DNA of 64,000 bases from Histomonas meleagridis 2922-C6/04-290x (GCA_020184695.1 JAANOX010000032.1:248001-312000), one strand, 5' to 3'; counted from the first letter of the stretch, positions 29,610-41,293 are shown. Program-made: numbers and translations. The notes: a model not told the origin generated them from the letters alone.

Positions 29610-31625
29610 TTAATTATCCAATACATATCCCTTTGGATCATTAAAGAAATCGACAGAAGAACAAAGCACGTCATCGAAAGCGTCTGTACCATGAAAGCTA
29701 TGATTATTATTAGCATAAATCAACAACTTCACCAATTTCCCATGTCTCTTTAATGCGTAATAGTAATCCAAAGATTGCCTGTAGCAAACTCTTCGGTCGT
29801 CTTTACCGTGGAACAACAGCACTGGTTTCGATACTTTATCGGCAAATCTCACTGGGCTTACATCCCATAGTTTATTTAATATTTCGTTATTCATATCGAC
29901 GTCACCTTCATCGTTTGCGTTCTCGCAATTTATCTCCGCCAAGCACCAGTCCGGTATATCCGTTGTGTAATACGAAGATATCCAATTCGTTACAGGTCCA
30001 CCAGCAGCAGCGAAGTCGACTACATCGGGATGTTGTCCTACAATTGAAGTGGAAAGGAATCCGCCATGTGATATACCCCAAACTCCGATTTTTTCGATGT
30101 TAAAGTTGTTCTTTATATAAGAAATGTTCTCGCAAACATCTTCAACATCAATTTTACTGCATTGTCCAATTAATGATGAAAGAGATTCAAATGAATAACC
30201 TGTGGAACCTCGATAATTAACAAGTCCGACTGAATAACCACATAAACAAAAGAAAATATAACTTCGCATGAAATTTGTGGTGAAGTTTCCATGCGGTCCT
30301 CCGTGTGGAACAACTACAAATTTCTTTCGCTCGTTTAACGTATTAACTAAAAGGATACAATCATTAGATGTGTCTCGTTCGATTATTTTAACTTCGCAAT
30401 TATCGAAATGTGTTGAATTAGAGATAAATTTAAATGTATTTTCGTTGTATAGCACAAATCGTGGAGTATCTATAGGAGTGGAATGAATTAAAAGATAATT
30501 GTCATTACGAAAACTTTGTAATGTGATCGAGGAATATTCTTTCGGCTCAATTAAAGAAGTTTTGCGAAAATCTTTGAGATTAAGGATTATTGGAATTAAA
30601 CGTGTACGGCGCGATTCGGTTAAAAGAAGATGATCTTTGTCTTTGAATGGTGATTCAATAATGGAATGCATTGTGATTTCTTCTTTGGATGTGTTTGTTG
30701 CACGAATTTCAAGTGTTTGAAGATCAAGAACAAAAGTGCTCGGATAAACGGGCGCGTTATGTCCGTGGAAGTCTTTTGGAAAAATTCCAGTAAAAACAAG
30801 GGATTCGCGATCGTTAAGTTGATATGCACGAGGATATAAATGGCGGTCATTGGAAAGTAGCTTAAAATCAGTATTAGAAATGTTGATGGCAAATAAATGA
30901 AAAGGTCGATTATTACATGAACGAATACCAATAAGCCTTTCGGTGTTCATTTCAATGGCATTGCAAACAATGATGTTGGATGAAGCAAATGTGAAATTAC
31001 ATATGCTATGATTTTGAGGTGAACCATATGATTTAATTTCATTGGTTTTAAGGGAATAAACAATGAGAGAAGTGTTGTAGATGCCATCAAGATCTTCACC
31101 AAAATCTTTTTCATGATACATTTGAACAGTATATCCTAACTTGGACTTTTTCTCAAATTTTTGTGCTGGTGAAGCTATCCAAGCAATGTGTTCATAATCT
31201 GGTGAGAACACAAGACCAGAAGTAACATAAATTGTGGTAAAATCACCAACTTCATCATTTAATAAAACAGAGTTTAAAAGCATGTCATTGCGATAAACTT
31301 CAAGGAAATTAACAGTGTCCTTTTTTGCCTTGGGTGTATCAACAGGCATTTTATTATTGAATGGGATTGAACGAATAACAGCTTTATATTCTCCATTTTT
31401 CGAATAACCTATAAGCTTTTCACTATCTGTATGTACCATGAAAGGAATTTTTGCATCTGATTCGAGATAATAAAACGATTTTAGACTTTCATTTCGACCT
31501 AATTGATTGTTAACTTGGCTAAAATTCATTTCAACAACATTATCATTAATAAAACGGCCGCTTTTAGCAAATGGAATTGAATCAATTAGAGCAAAAGCAT
31601 CTTTTGGATTCATGAAGAAAGGCAA
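29610..31625 (-). CDS. APEH: Acylamino-acid-releasing enzyme (S9 prolyl-oligopeptidase family)
   Basis: VVPHGGPHG, VNYRGSTGY, nucleophile GISHGG, HGKDDRRV (Asp), NNHSF (His). Confidence 0.88.
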   Translation of the reverse strand: MPFFMNPKDAFALIDSIPFAKSGRFINDNVVEMNFSQVNNQLGRNESLKSFYYLESDAKIPFMVHTDSEKLIGYSKNGEYKAVIRSIPFNNKMPVDTPKAKKDTVNFLEVYRNDMLLNSVLLNDEVGDFTTIYVTSGLVFSPDYEHIAWIASPAQKFEKKSKLGYTVQMYHEKDFGEDLDGIYNTSLIVYSLKTNEIKSYGSPQNHSICNFTFASSNIIVCNAIEMNTERLIGIRSCNNRPFHLFAINISNTDFKLLSNDRHLYPRAYQLNDRESLVFTGIFPKDFHGHNAPVYPSTFVLDLQTLEIRATNTSKEEITMHSIIESPFKDKDHLLLTESRRTRLIPIILNLKDFRKTSLIEPKEYSSITLQSFRNDNYLLIHSTPIDTPRFVLYNENTFKFISNSTHFDNCEVKIIERDTSNDCILLVNTLNERKKFVVVPHGGPHGNFTTNFMRSYIFFCLCGYSVGLVNYRGSTGYSFESLSSLIGQCSKIDVEDVCENISYIKNNFNIEKIGVWGISHGGFLSTSIVGQHPDVVDFAAAGGPVTNWISSYYTTDIPDWCLAEINCENANDEGDVDMNNEILNKLWDVSPVRFADKVSKPVLLFHGKDDRRVCYRQSLDYYYALKRHGKLVKLLIYANNNHSFHGTDAFDDVLCSSVDFFNDPKGYVLDN

Positions 31626-31722
31626 AATTCAGAAGAAATAAAAATGAAAATAAAATTCAATAAAATAAAAATTGTCATCTTATCCAAAGCTTAGTGAAGA
31701 AATTAAAAGGTTGCAAAGTAGT

Positions 31723-32166
31723 TTACTCAGATGGAGTAGCTTCAGCTGGTGTTTCAGCTGGGGCTTCTTCCTTCTTGTCTTCTGATCTGCGGTTACGGAA
31801 ATTGCCACGTCCTGGGCGGCTGAAGTTACCACGTGGTCCACGGCCACCGCGTGCAGCTGGGCGTTCAGCTCTAAGGAAGTCAGCCTTGCGTGGTGCAAGT
31901 GTTAATGGAGCAGCTTGTGGTGGGAGACCAAAGTAGCGACGGAGATATTCAATACCTTTGTCATTTAAGGTATAGTAAGCGTGGGTCCATGCATATTGCT
32001 TTTTGGCGAATCCCTTGTTGACAAATGAACGACCAAGTTGGAAAACATAAATGTTAAGAACTTCAAGTTCTTCGTGGATTCCTGCATTATTGGCTGAAAC
32101 AACAATAACACCGTTTTCGAAGAAGTAGCGGAGGATTTTCCTGCGGATGTCAGCTGGGATGAACAT
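31723..32166 (-). CDS. RPS10: 40S ribosomal protein S10 (eS10)
   Basis: MFIPADIRRKILRYFFENGVIVV...KKQYAWTHAYYTLNDKGIEYLRRYFGLP, with RGG-rich tail. True ATG at 32166. Confidence 0.93.
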   Translation of the reverse strand: MFIPADIRRKILRYFFENGVIVVSANNAGIHEELEVLNIYVFQLGRSFVNKGFAKKQYAWTHAYYTLNDKGIEYLRRYFGLPPQAAPLTLAPRKADFLRAERPAARGGRGPRGNFSRPGRGNFRNRRSEDKKEEAPAETPAEATPSE

Positions 32167-32173
32167 CTTTACA

Positions 32174-32207
32174 AAAGGTCGACCATAACCGTTACAGATT
32201 ACGGTTA
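32174..32207 (-). promoter_or_regulatory. M5 (CCTTT) plus M3 (AACGGTTA) core promoter of RPS10, with a second inverted M3 site
   Basis: CCTTT at 32178-32174, AACGGTTA at 32193-32186, TACGGTTA on the + strand at 32200-32207. In T. vaginalis M5 is known to replace Inr in ribosomal-protein genes. Confidence 0.6.
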
Positions 32208-32616
32208 TCGTAAATAAACGTATGCCCTGAAACAATAAAGACATTGTGATCCTGTTTGCATAATTAAAATAGATGTATCTCTTCTATCAAAAATATATTT
32301 ATTCTTATTTGTATTTAAAATTTCGCGAAAAAAGAAAAAATTATATGAAATCTTTCTTTCTGATTTCTTTGAAAACATCCCACTACAATATTTTATACTA
32401 CTCTTTAATAAATAACAAAATGGAGAATAAAAGATTGCTTCCATCTGAAAATTAAATATATAATATTTTATAAAATACCTTTCTTTGAATGAATCCTTCG
32501 ATGACTTTCACAACTCTAGAGATGTCTAGACAAAAGTTTTTATTATTAGAAAGCAAACTGTGAAACATATATGTAAAGTCATTAATAACTCAAAAAATAT
32601 TTATTACAAACAAATT

Positions 32617-34716
32617 TTATTTCATATTTTTCTTTTCTTTTCTTGGTGACAAGAACCTTCTGTCACTACACAGTTCCATAGTTTCCACTTCGAAACCCTT
32701 TTCGAACAAAGGCTTTGGGTCATTTACGAGCCAAATTTCCACTTCGCCATTATCGATATCTCCTATTTTATCATGATGGAAATTCTTTTTCACAACTTTT
32801 TTATTGCCGAAAGGTTCAAATTTTACTTTTTTATTATTATTATTTAACAATTTTTTATTTTTATTAATTTTTTTATTATTTTTATCCACAGAATTCATTT
32901 TATTTATATTATTTACACGTGCAGAATTCGATTGCTTTTCCATAACAACATTTTGTAATGGTAACTTGTAATTTAAATTCGACATTTTCATAACATTTCT
33001 TTTATTACTTAAAGCTAAAGCTCTTGATAAAAGTTGAAGAAGTTCATTTGTTGTTGGGAAAAATTCATTTATAACATCGAAACTATTAATTTTCTTACAG
33101 TTCAAAATATAATTTAATTTTTGCACTATTGTAAATAAAACAGAATTTGGCGATTTATGGAAATATATTTCTTTAAAGTTAATTAATGAATTAATTGTAA
33201 TTGGACATTCAATTTTTTTAATTAATGTATCAAATGTATTATATATACGTGGAAATGGATATTTTATATCTTCATTCACTATTATATGTTTTGGTTCTTC
33301 TAAGTTTAATAATACTTTGCATATTACTTCTGTTGCAATATTTGGTGATGTTGCACGTGTTTCAAGTATTATAAGTTTTTTATCTTCTGTTTCAAATACA
33401 AATCCTGTGATAATATCAAATGATTTCTTTAATGCTGTTTTATATGTATAAGTTTCAAGAATTTTTTTGTTGGGTTCACTAAAGATTTGTGAATGATATT
33501 TATAAATTGCATCAATAAGTTGTTCAGAATCATTAATTCCTTTTTCATCTGTTTTACAGGTAAAAATCCATCGATAAAATAATGTGGTATTATTCTCCGA
33601 AATATGTTCATCAATTTCTTTTTTGCTTATTGGTGTTTTAGGTCGAATTTTTGGCGATGGTAATTTGGTGATCTCAAAAAGTGGTTTTTCGACGGTTGGT
33701 GATTTCATTTCAAATGATGGGTCAAACACTTCGATCTTAAGATGTGTTTGGGATTCACAAAAGTTACCCTGGCCAAAACCAGTTATTTCACGAGATGGCT
33801 GGAAAAAAACTTGCGTTTTGCGCGCAGGAAGTAAGTAAAAATTTGAAAATCCATATGGTGATTTTGATTCAGTAAAGCGAAATGAATCAATATCAAGATA
33901 TCCAGCCTCTTTTTTGGGTGGTTGGTATGGATAAATAAGGCCTGTGCCAATGGAATTCGTAAGTGAAGGAAGTGATCGATCTCGATCATGAATTTCAAAA
34001 ATTACTTCCGATTGAATTCGAGGGAAAAGAACTATATAAGTATCGATACTAATTGATTCAGCATGCTTTTGTGGACAGGTTATATATTCTGATTCACGAA
34101 TTATACACTTGAAAAAAACAGGAGCACATTTCTTTTCAAGTTCTTCTTGAGTATATGGGGAATTAGGCATGTTATTAATGGATTTTATATGAAGAAATAC
34201 AGGAGAAAATTTGCACAAATTAACAACATTAAGAATAGGCCGATCAACATGAATGATAAGAGTAAATGATTTGTACCCAGTTGGAGCACATGTTGCAACA
34301 ACATCTTTTGGATTGGGTAAGAGAAGAGCTTTTGCATCAACTTGGAAATATTCCGGAAGAAATGTTTCACTTGGCTTTTTTGCAACTCTGCGCGTATTTG
34401 TGGTTCTTGATCTTGTGTTTTTTGTGATTGGTTCGAATGGGAAGAAAACTTGATGAACAAAATTTTGACGAAGAAGTGATTCGATTGTATTATCTTCGAT
34501 ATTAAATTGAACTGTCGCCACTTCTTCATCATTTTCTTGTGTAATCTGTATTCGAAGTGGACGAATTTTATTTGAAATTGATGCAGGTAATTGAATTTTT
34601 AAATAACTTCCAACACAAGAAGTATCAATAATTTCCCATTTTATTTTATATGCAATAGTTATTACTTGTGCACCGAGTGATTTTGATCTCCCACGCACCA
34701 AGTGCGGGTGGTTCAT
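32617..34716 (-). CDS. Hypothetical protein, 699 aa, possibly CFAP92/DUF4550-like
   Basis: Long ORF; PVFLHIKSINNMP...CAPVF and FEIHDRDR are reminiscent of CFAP92. Family call is weak and from recall. Confidence 0.65.
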   Translation of the reverse strand: MNHPHLVRGRSKSLGAQVITIAYKIKWEIIDTSCVGSYLKIQLPASISNKIRPLRIQITQENDEEVATVQFNIEDNTIESLLRQNFVHQVFFPFEPITKNTRSRTTNTRRVAKKPSETFLPEYFQVDAKALLLPNPKDVVATCAPTGYKSFTLIIHVDRPILNVVNLCKFSPVFLHIKSINNMPNSPYTQEELEKKCAPVFFKCIIRESEYITCPQKHAESISIDTYIVLFPRIQSEVIFEIHDRDRSLPSLTNSIGTGLIYPYQPPKKEAGYLDIDSFRFTESKSPYGFSNFYLLPARKTQVFFQPSREITGFGQGNFCESQTHLKIEVFDPSFEMKSPTVEKPLFEITKLPSPKIRPKTPISKKEIDEHISENNTTLFYRWIFTCKTDEKGINDSEQLIDAIYKYHSQIFSEPNKKILETYTYKTALKKSFDIITGFVFETEDKKLIILETRATSPNIATEVICKVLLNLEEPKHIIVNEDIKYPFPRIYNTFDTLIKKIECPITINSLINFKEIYFHKSPNSVLFTIVQKLNYILNCKKINSFDVINEFFPTTNELLQLLSRALALSNKRNVMKMSNLNYKLPLQNVVMEKQSNSARVNNINKMNSVDKNNKKINKNKKLLNNNNKKVKFEPFGNKKVVKKNFHHDKIGDIDNGEVEIWLVNDPKPLFEKGFEVETMELCSDRRFLSPRKEKKNMK

Positions 34717-34907
34717 TCGAAGCGATGTTTTTCCTTTGCTGTAATTTAAACGGCCGATTACGATAACTTCGTACTCACCTAGTCAAATTATTTACAGGTT
34801 CAAAATAAGTTTTCTCGAAGATAAATGTCTTATCGAAGTATGTCTTTTCCATGTGCTTCTGTATGCAAAGAAAAATGTCTTTATAGTCCCTGAATAGACA
34901 AAATGTC

Positions 34908-35479
34908 TCACCAAAAATGCCGATGATAACGGTTAACTGTTTTTTTAACCCACCCGATCTTGTTGACTTTTCTTCGCGATTTATTATTCACTTTTTGAGA
35001 GCATGAGGTGGCAAATGACGATGAACTCCTCAAAGAGTCATCGGCATTTGACAGTAGAGTTTTGTCATTTGCCAGCATATCGTACTCAAATATTCTGTGA
35101 GATGATAATTGAATAACACTGCGGTGCAACCTCACGAAAACGAAAATAAGGTACAAAAAAATCTTTATGAACCTATAAAAATCATACGATCTTATACCAA
35201 CAACACATGCCCATTCTGGAACCGGATTGATGGGATGTTTCCTCTCCTAATAATATCGAAAAATGTAGGGATGTCATCTTCTTCTGAGGCCTGTGGCTTC
35301 TCTTGTTCACCTTGTTGTCCTTTTTTTTGGTAAAATTCTGGTAATACTACAACTTTACGATTTGCCTTTTTTTTATGTCGCATTATTTTATTTAAGTTTG
35401 TTGCAACAACAACATAATTCCTCCCTTCGCTTTGATGTTCTTCTGTCGAATTCTGTATTCGGTTCTGCTGTGCACTCAT
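34908..35479 (-). CDS. Small hypothetical protein; 95-aa ORF possibly frameshifted into 34908-35156
   Basis: ORF 35192-35479 has an ATG. A second frame (PEWACVVGIRSYDFYRF...) starts near 35225 and continues to 34908. Confidence 0.35.
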
Positions 35480-35878
35480 TTATTTTGTGAGAAAAAAAAT
35501 ATACACAAACCTATCTCTCTCTCAAAATTGAATTCAGAACTGTCAATTTGACAGTTTCCACCCAGTTTAAAGCCGATGATTTGCTATCGCAGACTATCGT
35601 AAACAAAAAATGGGGCGCCTCGTTATCATAAAAAAAGAAACCTGAAATTATTGGTTAATTTCTTGTGTCCTTAGCATTGTCGATTTTGTCGGTAAATATG
35701 AGCATAAAATCATATAAAAAAATTTCATATGATACATACTAATTTCATAATTAATTCAATTTTGATCAATAGCTTTATTGTATACCTTGATTTAACTCAA
35801 AAAATTTGGTTGATGGAAATTTTTGTTGGGATAGTAATTATGATGATATTTTTTTATATGTTAAAAACATAGAAGAAA

Positions 35879-38800
35879 TTAATCAATAACATGTTTATTT
35901 TCAAGTGTTGAGTTAGCTTTCACTGATCTCATAATATTATAAGTAAAAAGCAAATCATCATGAGATTCAAAAATTATTTCCATTGGTTTCTTCGAATGAT
36001 TGGCTTCTTTCAGAAAATTAACAATGACACTTGCTTGTGTAAGTGAAATTTCCTTAATTTTTGAAAGTTCGAATGAATCAATCAATTCTAACTTTTCTTC
36101 ATTTACAAAGTAGCACCAAGATTCCGTCATCAGCATATAAGACATTGGCTCCTTTAATTTTTGGATTAATTTTATAGACTTAATTATATTAATTTTCAAG
36201 CATTCGAAAATCTTGCTCGTCACTTTTTGATTAAACCATTCAATTCTGTTAGCAAAAATTGGTCGTTTGAATCTTTTTGCTTTTTTGTTTTTCCATAAAT
36301 CCGACATTATTTCAAATTCATTTTCTGATAATATAAACGTAGGCTTCCATTCAGTCTTCATTACTATTCTAGTTTTAATGTTTTGATTTTCTTGTGATGA
36401 ATCAAATACTTTTAGCGATTTATTTTCGATTTCGATTTGATGAAATTCTTCAATTAATTCAAGTGGTTCAATATTCTTTAGTATAAAAGAAGGAATGAAT
36501 GATGCCAAGAATGAAACATTTTGACTTTTATCTTCTTGATTATTTATTTCAGATAAAAGTGTTGAAGTTGTTTTCTTAAACAAATCTTCAAAAATAATTA
36601 ACAGTTCCAAAATTGGACCTGAAACATTTTCAGTAATTAACATTGGTGTTTTAACTTGCAAAAATGTTTGTTGCTGAGGAATTTTCTTAAATATTTTCTT
36701 ATCATCTTTATTAGCTGAAATAGAAACGATTAAAGGTGAAACATCAATTCTTTGTGAATGAATATTTCCGAATTTATTAATAATTTGATGAAATCGATAT
36801 TGATTTAAACCAGAATACTTTAAAAATCTGGAAATTTCATTTAAAACATTTGATTTTAATTGTAATTCGATTCGTTGAATTAAAGTTCGTAATGATACAA
36901 TGTGATTAATTGATAAATTCGTAAGTTCGGCAGAAACTTTTAACCAATTTATCGAAGGGTTCTCATGACAACCGATCATAAAAACATTATCATTTGTTGC
37001 ATCTAAAGGATATTCATCGATTTGAATTCGAGAGATGGAAAATTCCAAATCAATTAATTTATTTGTTTTCATTGATAAAATACTTTTTTCTAAATAAACA
37101 TTTAGAAACTGATGAAATGAATTCGATATTAATGATAATGTAATAAAAGGGAAATTAATATTTATGTTATATTTAGATATTTCTTCTTTATCATCAATTA
37201 TAATTACGCGTTGACCAGTGGAAAGTGTTTTTGTAGAAATATAATGTAATTTATTTGAGATTCGATACGGAAATTGAGAATTTATTAACTTATCCGAAAA
37301 ATTGGTTACAATTGATTTACCTTCAATTGTTAAAATAATTTTTTCATCTGAAAATGGTTCATCAAACCCAAATATATGTGTTGATCGAGGCCGAATTAAT
37401 ATTGGTATTAACGAATATTTTTGTTGTGCACAAACTTTTAGATTAGAACAATTTGTTATTAAATAAGGAGAATTATTTAAATTTGCGTTTTCAAATGTAA
37501 CTAACATTTGTCCTATTTCATTTTCTATTATATTTAAATGTAAATAAATTTCTTTATTATTAATTTTGTTGACAAATCTTAAAACAGTATTTGTTACGTA
37601 TTTAAAATAAATATATTCTATTGTATTATAACCATTGATAGATATCGAATAACAATTATTAATGTTTGAGACTGGAAGTGGTGTTATATTATTCTTTAAT
37701 ATTGTAAATGTTATATCAGTGCTAAGCATAGCATTAATTATATAATTACTTTTATTATGAACGATTACTGAATCATATAAATTTATAATGGAAGTTGACG
37801 TAAAATATTTTTGTTCTGTGAATTTCATCGAATAAAATAATGAATGATTTTGAATAAACAATAATAATATATCATTTGTTTCATTAATATTTGGTATATT
37901 ATCACGAATTGTTAATTCATTGACTGATATTTTTGGTAATGATTTATTTCCGATTAAAAAAGCTGCTTTATTTTCGAAATTAAAAAATGGTAATTCATTA
38001 TTACTATTCAATTCATTCGAAAATAAATATTGTTCTGCATGATATGAAGCAGATATTTGTAATGTTGATGATGTATTATTAATAAAAATATATGGTACAT
38101 AAATATGTATTTGGAATTCAACATTTTTTATATTGTCTATCATTAAAATGAAATGCGTTGTCTTAAATATAATCGGAATTTCTTTTTGTTTTGTCGTTGT
38201 ATCTAAATAAAAACAAATTAATTCCGAAAATTTATTTTTAATAAACATTTGGAATTCGAATTTCTCATTTCGATTAAAAGGCAATAAAGGATTAATTTTC
38301 TCTCCCGATTTAAGTACTTGTGAAAACACTGATTTAGAATGAGAAAAGAAAATTTTTATAGAAAATGGTAATTCATTAATTATTGAATAACGTGATTTTA
38401 ATTGAAAGGTTTTATTTTTTAGATTTGTGTTTTTTATACATTTAATTAAACAACTATAATCATTAATTAAATATTCGAATGAAGAATTTATTATTTCATT
38501 AAAATCAAATAAAATCATATTTTTATTGTTAGTAATTTTCTTTATTGTCATAAAATATTTTTGATTTAAATTTAAATCAGATGAAAATGAAATCTTTTCA
38601 TTAGGTTTTATTGTCATTAAATTATTAATATTATCATTTTCATATAAGAAAACATCAACATTTAATAAGTTTTCAAAAACATAATAAGAAACAAAACTTA
38701 TAAATTTAGAATTATCTTTAATGGAAAAAACTGCTAAAATATCTTTATTAATAAACAAAGAAGAAGAAATTTGTGAAGTATCAATAATAAAAGGTTCTTT

Positions 38801-40612
38801 ATTCATTGTATTAATTACTAAAAAAGAAGAATCAAAAGAAGTTATTTCTTGATTATTTAATGTAAATGTATTTGTAGAAGTCGTTATATTCATTGGGTAT
38901 TGAAGTTCATTTTTGATATATACTTTTGAATTGTTATTATTATTTAATCCATTTAAAAGTCGATTTATAAATGTTGGTGTTATATTAACTTGAATATTTT
39001 CATTAAAGTTAATTGTAATTTCTCTTTTTTCATTAGAAAAATTAAAAATCACATTAATGTTATTCGGCTCAATTATATAATCCCAAAATGATGTTATGAA
39101 TCGATACATCCGAAGAGAAAATGTTGAAAATATCGAAACTAATACTTCGTTATTTCGTATATTTCCTTTAATTGGCTGTAAATTAATTTCAAAATGAAGA
39201 AAATCATTTCGTTTCTTCTTATCATTAGTTTCTTGATTAAAATAAACATGAAAGTTTTGAATAATAATTTCAATGTTTGCATCTTTTGTTGGTGGAAATA
39301 TAAAATATAATTCTTTAATTAGAGAAATGAAATCAATAAAATTCGAAATCTCATTTATACTTAATGTTATAATTTGATTTGGAATTGTAATGGCTATAAT
39401 TCGATCTGATTTTTTCATATAAGAAATATATTGAAAAACGTAATTTTTTATTATATAAAATTCTTTTTGATAATACACGTTTGTGTTACTAATATTTAAT
39501 TGCATATAATTAAGATTAGAGACATAACTAATCGTTGTCTCAATATTTAATATTTTCCCATCCGGATATACAAATTTTATTGTTGTGGATGGGATATCAA
39601 TCGAAAATGTGTTTCTTTCACTTAATATTTTAACAAAATTATTATATCGAAAAATATTAACAATTTCAATAAAATGATTTATTGGGAGTGAAATGATGAA
39701 ATTACAAAAATGTAACGTATGTGAATGCTTTTTTAAGTTTAAGGTCGCATTTAAAAAAGTGGTTTCTTCATTTTTCTTAATTTGAACGTTGAAATTGTTT
39801 TGCATTAATAAAATGTCATCAATTGTTATTTGTTTGTTATTTATTTGAACATTTTCTAGAATAAACTTAAAGGATGATAATGTGAAAAGAGCTTGAGTGC
39901 ATAGAACAGAAATATTTGGGATTTTTCCGTTGAGAGAAAAATCCGAAAATTCAACAACAAAACCGCTGCTAAATTCAATGGTTAATTTTTTGATTTGAAT
40001 GTGATAAAAGAATTTGTTGAACAGGTTGGAATCAAAAAGGCAGAAATTATCAAATGGGAGTTTGATGAAAAGTACTTCTTTTTTAAACGTAAGTTCATAA
40101 GCGGATTGATCATTGGATTTTTTTAATTCAAATTGAATATCAAAATTATTTAATAACTCGTAATTAAGTAATTTCATAAGACAGTTGGGGAAATTAAACT
40201 TAAATTCGTTGTTTTTTCTTTTTTCAATGGTGGAGTTAATTGCTTCTAAGAAAAAAATTGATTTATTTCTTTTCGATATATTAAAAGTAATTTTTTTAAT
40301 ATTTAACTTGATCTGTGTACTGTCATCATATTGTTTAATTTCTTTTGCTGGTTCATCTTCAATATTTGCAGATATTGATAATTCATCGATATTGATTTCT
40401 ATTTCATTTTTCATTGTTATTTCGACTCCACGAGCAAAGCTAATTTTTTCTATAGAAATTGGAAATCCAAGAATAGATAATATATTGTTTGTAAAAAAGA
40501 ATTGATCAATAAATCCATTGTTTCCCTTTTCTTGAAAATTAATGTTTTCTAACCTAACGCATGGGAAATTCTTGCAGAAAAAATTTTTTATCTTAGAAAC
40601 AGCTCTGTTCAT
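35879..40612 (-). CDS. VPS13-family (chorein-like) lipid-transfer protein
   Basis: 1577 aa, beta-rich; VAB/SHR-BD-like PYLITNCSNLKVCAQQKYS...FGFDEPF; C-terminal LEFSISRIQIDE, typical of VPS13. Confidence 0.7.
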   Translation of the reverse strand: MNRAVSKIKNFFCKNFPCVRLENINFQEKGNNGFIDQFFFTNNILSILGFPISIEKISFARGVEITMKNEIEINIDELSISANIEDEPAKEIKQYDDSTQIKLNIKKITFNISKRNKSIFFLEAINSTIEKRKNNEFKFNFPNCLMKLLNYELLNNFDIQFELKKSNDQSAYELTFKKEVLFIKLPFDNFCLFDSNLFNKFFYHIQIKKLTIEFSSGFVVEFSDFSLNGKIPNISVLCTQALFTLSSFKFILENVQINNKQITIDDILLMQNNFNVQIKKNEETTFLNATLNLKKHSHTLHFCNFIISLPINHFIEIVNIFRYNNFVKILSERNTFSIDIPSTTIKFVYPDGKILNIETTISYVSNLNYMQLNISNTNVYYQKEFYIIKNYVFQYISYMKKSDRIIAITIPNQIITLSINEISNFIDFISLIKELYFIFPPTKDANIEIIIQNFHVYFNQETNDKKKRNDFLHFEINLQPIKGNIRNNEVLVSIFSTFSLRMYRFITSFWDYIIEPNNINVIFNFSNEKREITINFNENIQVNITPTFINRLLNGLNNNNNSKVYIKNELQYPMNITTSTNTFTLNNQEITSFDSSFLVINTMNKEPFIIDTSQISSSLFINKDILAVFSIKDNSKFISFVSYYVFENLLNVDVFLYENDNINNLMTIKPNEKISFSSDLNLNQKYFMTIKKITNNKNMILFDFNEIINSSFEYLINDYSCLIKCIKNTNLKNKTFQLKSRYSIINELPFSIKIFFSHSKSVFSQVLKSGEKINPLLPFNRNEKFEFQMFIKNKFSELICFYLDTTTKQKEIPIIFKTTHFILMIDNIKNVEFQIHIYVPYIFINNTSSTLQISASYHAEQYLFSNELNSNNELPFFNFENKAAFLIGNKSLPKISVNELTIRDNIPNINETNDILLLFIQNHSLFYSMKFTEQKYFTSTSIINLYDSVIVHNKSNYIINAMLSTDITFTILKNNITPLPVSNINNCYSISINGYNTIEYIYFKYVTNTVLRFVNKINNKEIYLHLNIIENEIGQMLVTFENANLNNSPYLITNCSNLKVCAQQKYSLIPILIRPRSTHIFGFDEPFSDEKIILTIEGKSIVTNFSDKLINSQFPYRISNKLHYISTKTLSTGQRVIIIDDKEEISKYNININFPFITLSLISNSFHQFLNVYLEKSILSMKTNKLIDLEFSISRIQIDEYPLDATNDNVFMIGCHENPSINWLKVSAELTNLSINHIVSLRTLIQRIELQLKSNVLNEISRFLKYSGLNQYRFHQIINKFGNIHSQRIDVSPLIVSISANKDDKKIFKKIPQQQTFLQVKTPMLITENVSGPILELLIIFEDLFKKTTSTLLSEINNQEDKSQNVSFLASFIPSFILKNIEPLELIEEFHQIEIENKSLKVFDSSQENQNIKTRIVMKTEWKPTFILSENEFEIMSDLWKNKKAKRFKRPIFANRIEWFNQKVTSKIFECLKINIIKSIKLIQKLKEPMSYMLMTESWCYFVNEEKLELIDSFELSKIKEISLTQASVIVNFLKEANHSKKPMEIIFESHDDLLFTYNIMRSVKANSTLENKHVID

Positions 40613-40836
40613 TATTTCTAACTTACAGACCTGTTATAAGGATTTTTTATAATTCTAAACTTTACTTAGATATTGAAGCTGAAACACCTTAGAAAAAAAT
40701 TCCTCTTGAAAGATTATGTTTTTTCACCATTCTATGAATTCGAAATTTTATCAAAAAGGCGAAAATTGTTTCTAGATTAAGATATTTTTTTGATTTTTCA
40801 TCTTTTAACCACATTATTCAGAAAATAATAAAAAAA

Positions 40837-40916
40837 TGTTCACCGTGGGGTTCGAACCCACGCCCTCTCGGACTAGTGCCTTAAACTAGCGCCTTGGACC
40901 ACTCGGCCAGATGAAC
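40837..40916 (-). tRNA. tRNA-Leu(AAG), identical to the copy at 23855
   Basis: Exact reverse complement of 23855-23934; oligo-T terminator downstream. Confidence 0.95.
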
Positions 40917-41281
40917 TTTCAGTTTTCATTATAATATATATAATTTAAATAATAACTTTTCTTTGGTTTTAATTTGATTTTGATTATTATAATATTAAAA
41001 TTCTATATATCTTATATGAAAATAAGTGGGATTTTTATCTTCTAAGCAGTAATTTATCATAAAGGATTTTTCGAAATTAAATACAAAACGAAAGGAAACA
41101 AAAACAAAATCTTGAATATATTTTGCCAATTGCCGGTCAAACAATAAAATTTTGAACTCATTTTGAAAAAGTTCATCAAATTTTGATGATAAAACCGATT
41201 TGCAAATCTTTTATTTAAAAAGTTGATTTGACCAACGAATTGAAGGAATGTTAGTTGAATTTGTCAAAATAATTATCCACT

Positions 41282-41287
41282 TCATTT
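41282..41287 (+). promoter_or_regulatory. Inr (TCATTT) of the ubiquitin gene
   Basis: Ends 7 nt upstream of the ATG at 41294. Confidence 0.55.
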
Positions 41288-41293
41288 TTCTAG

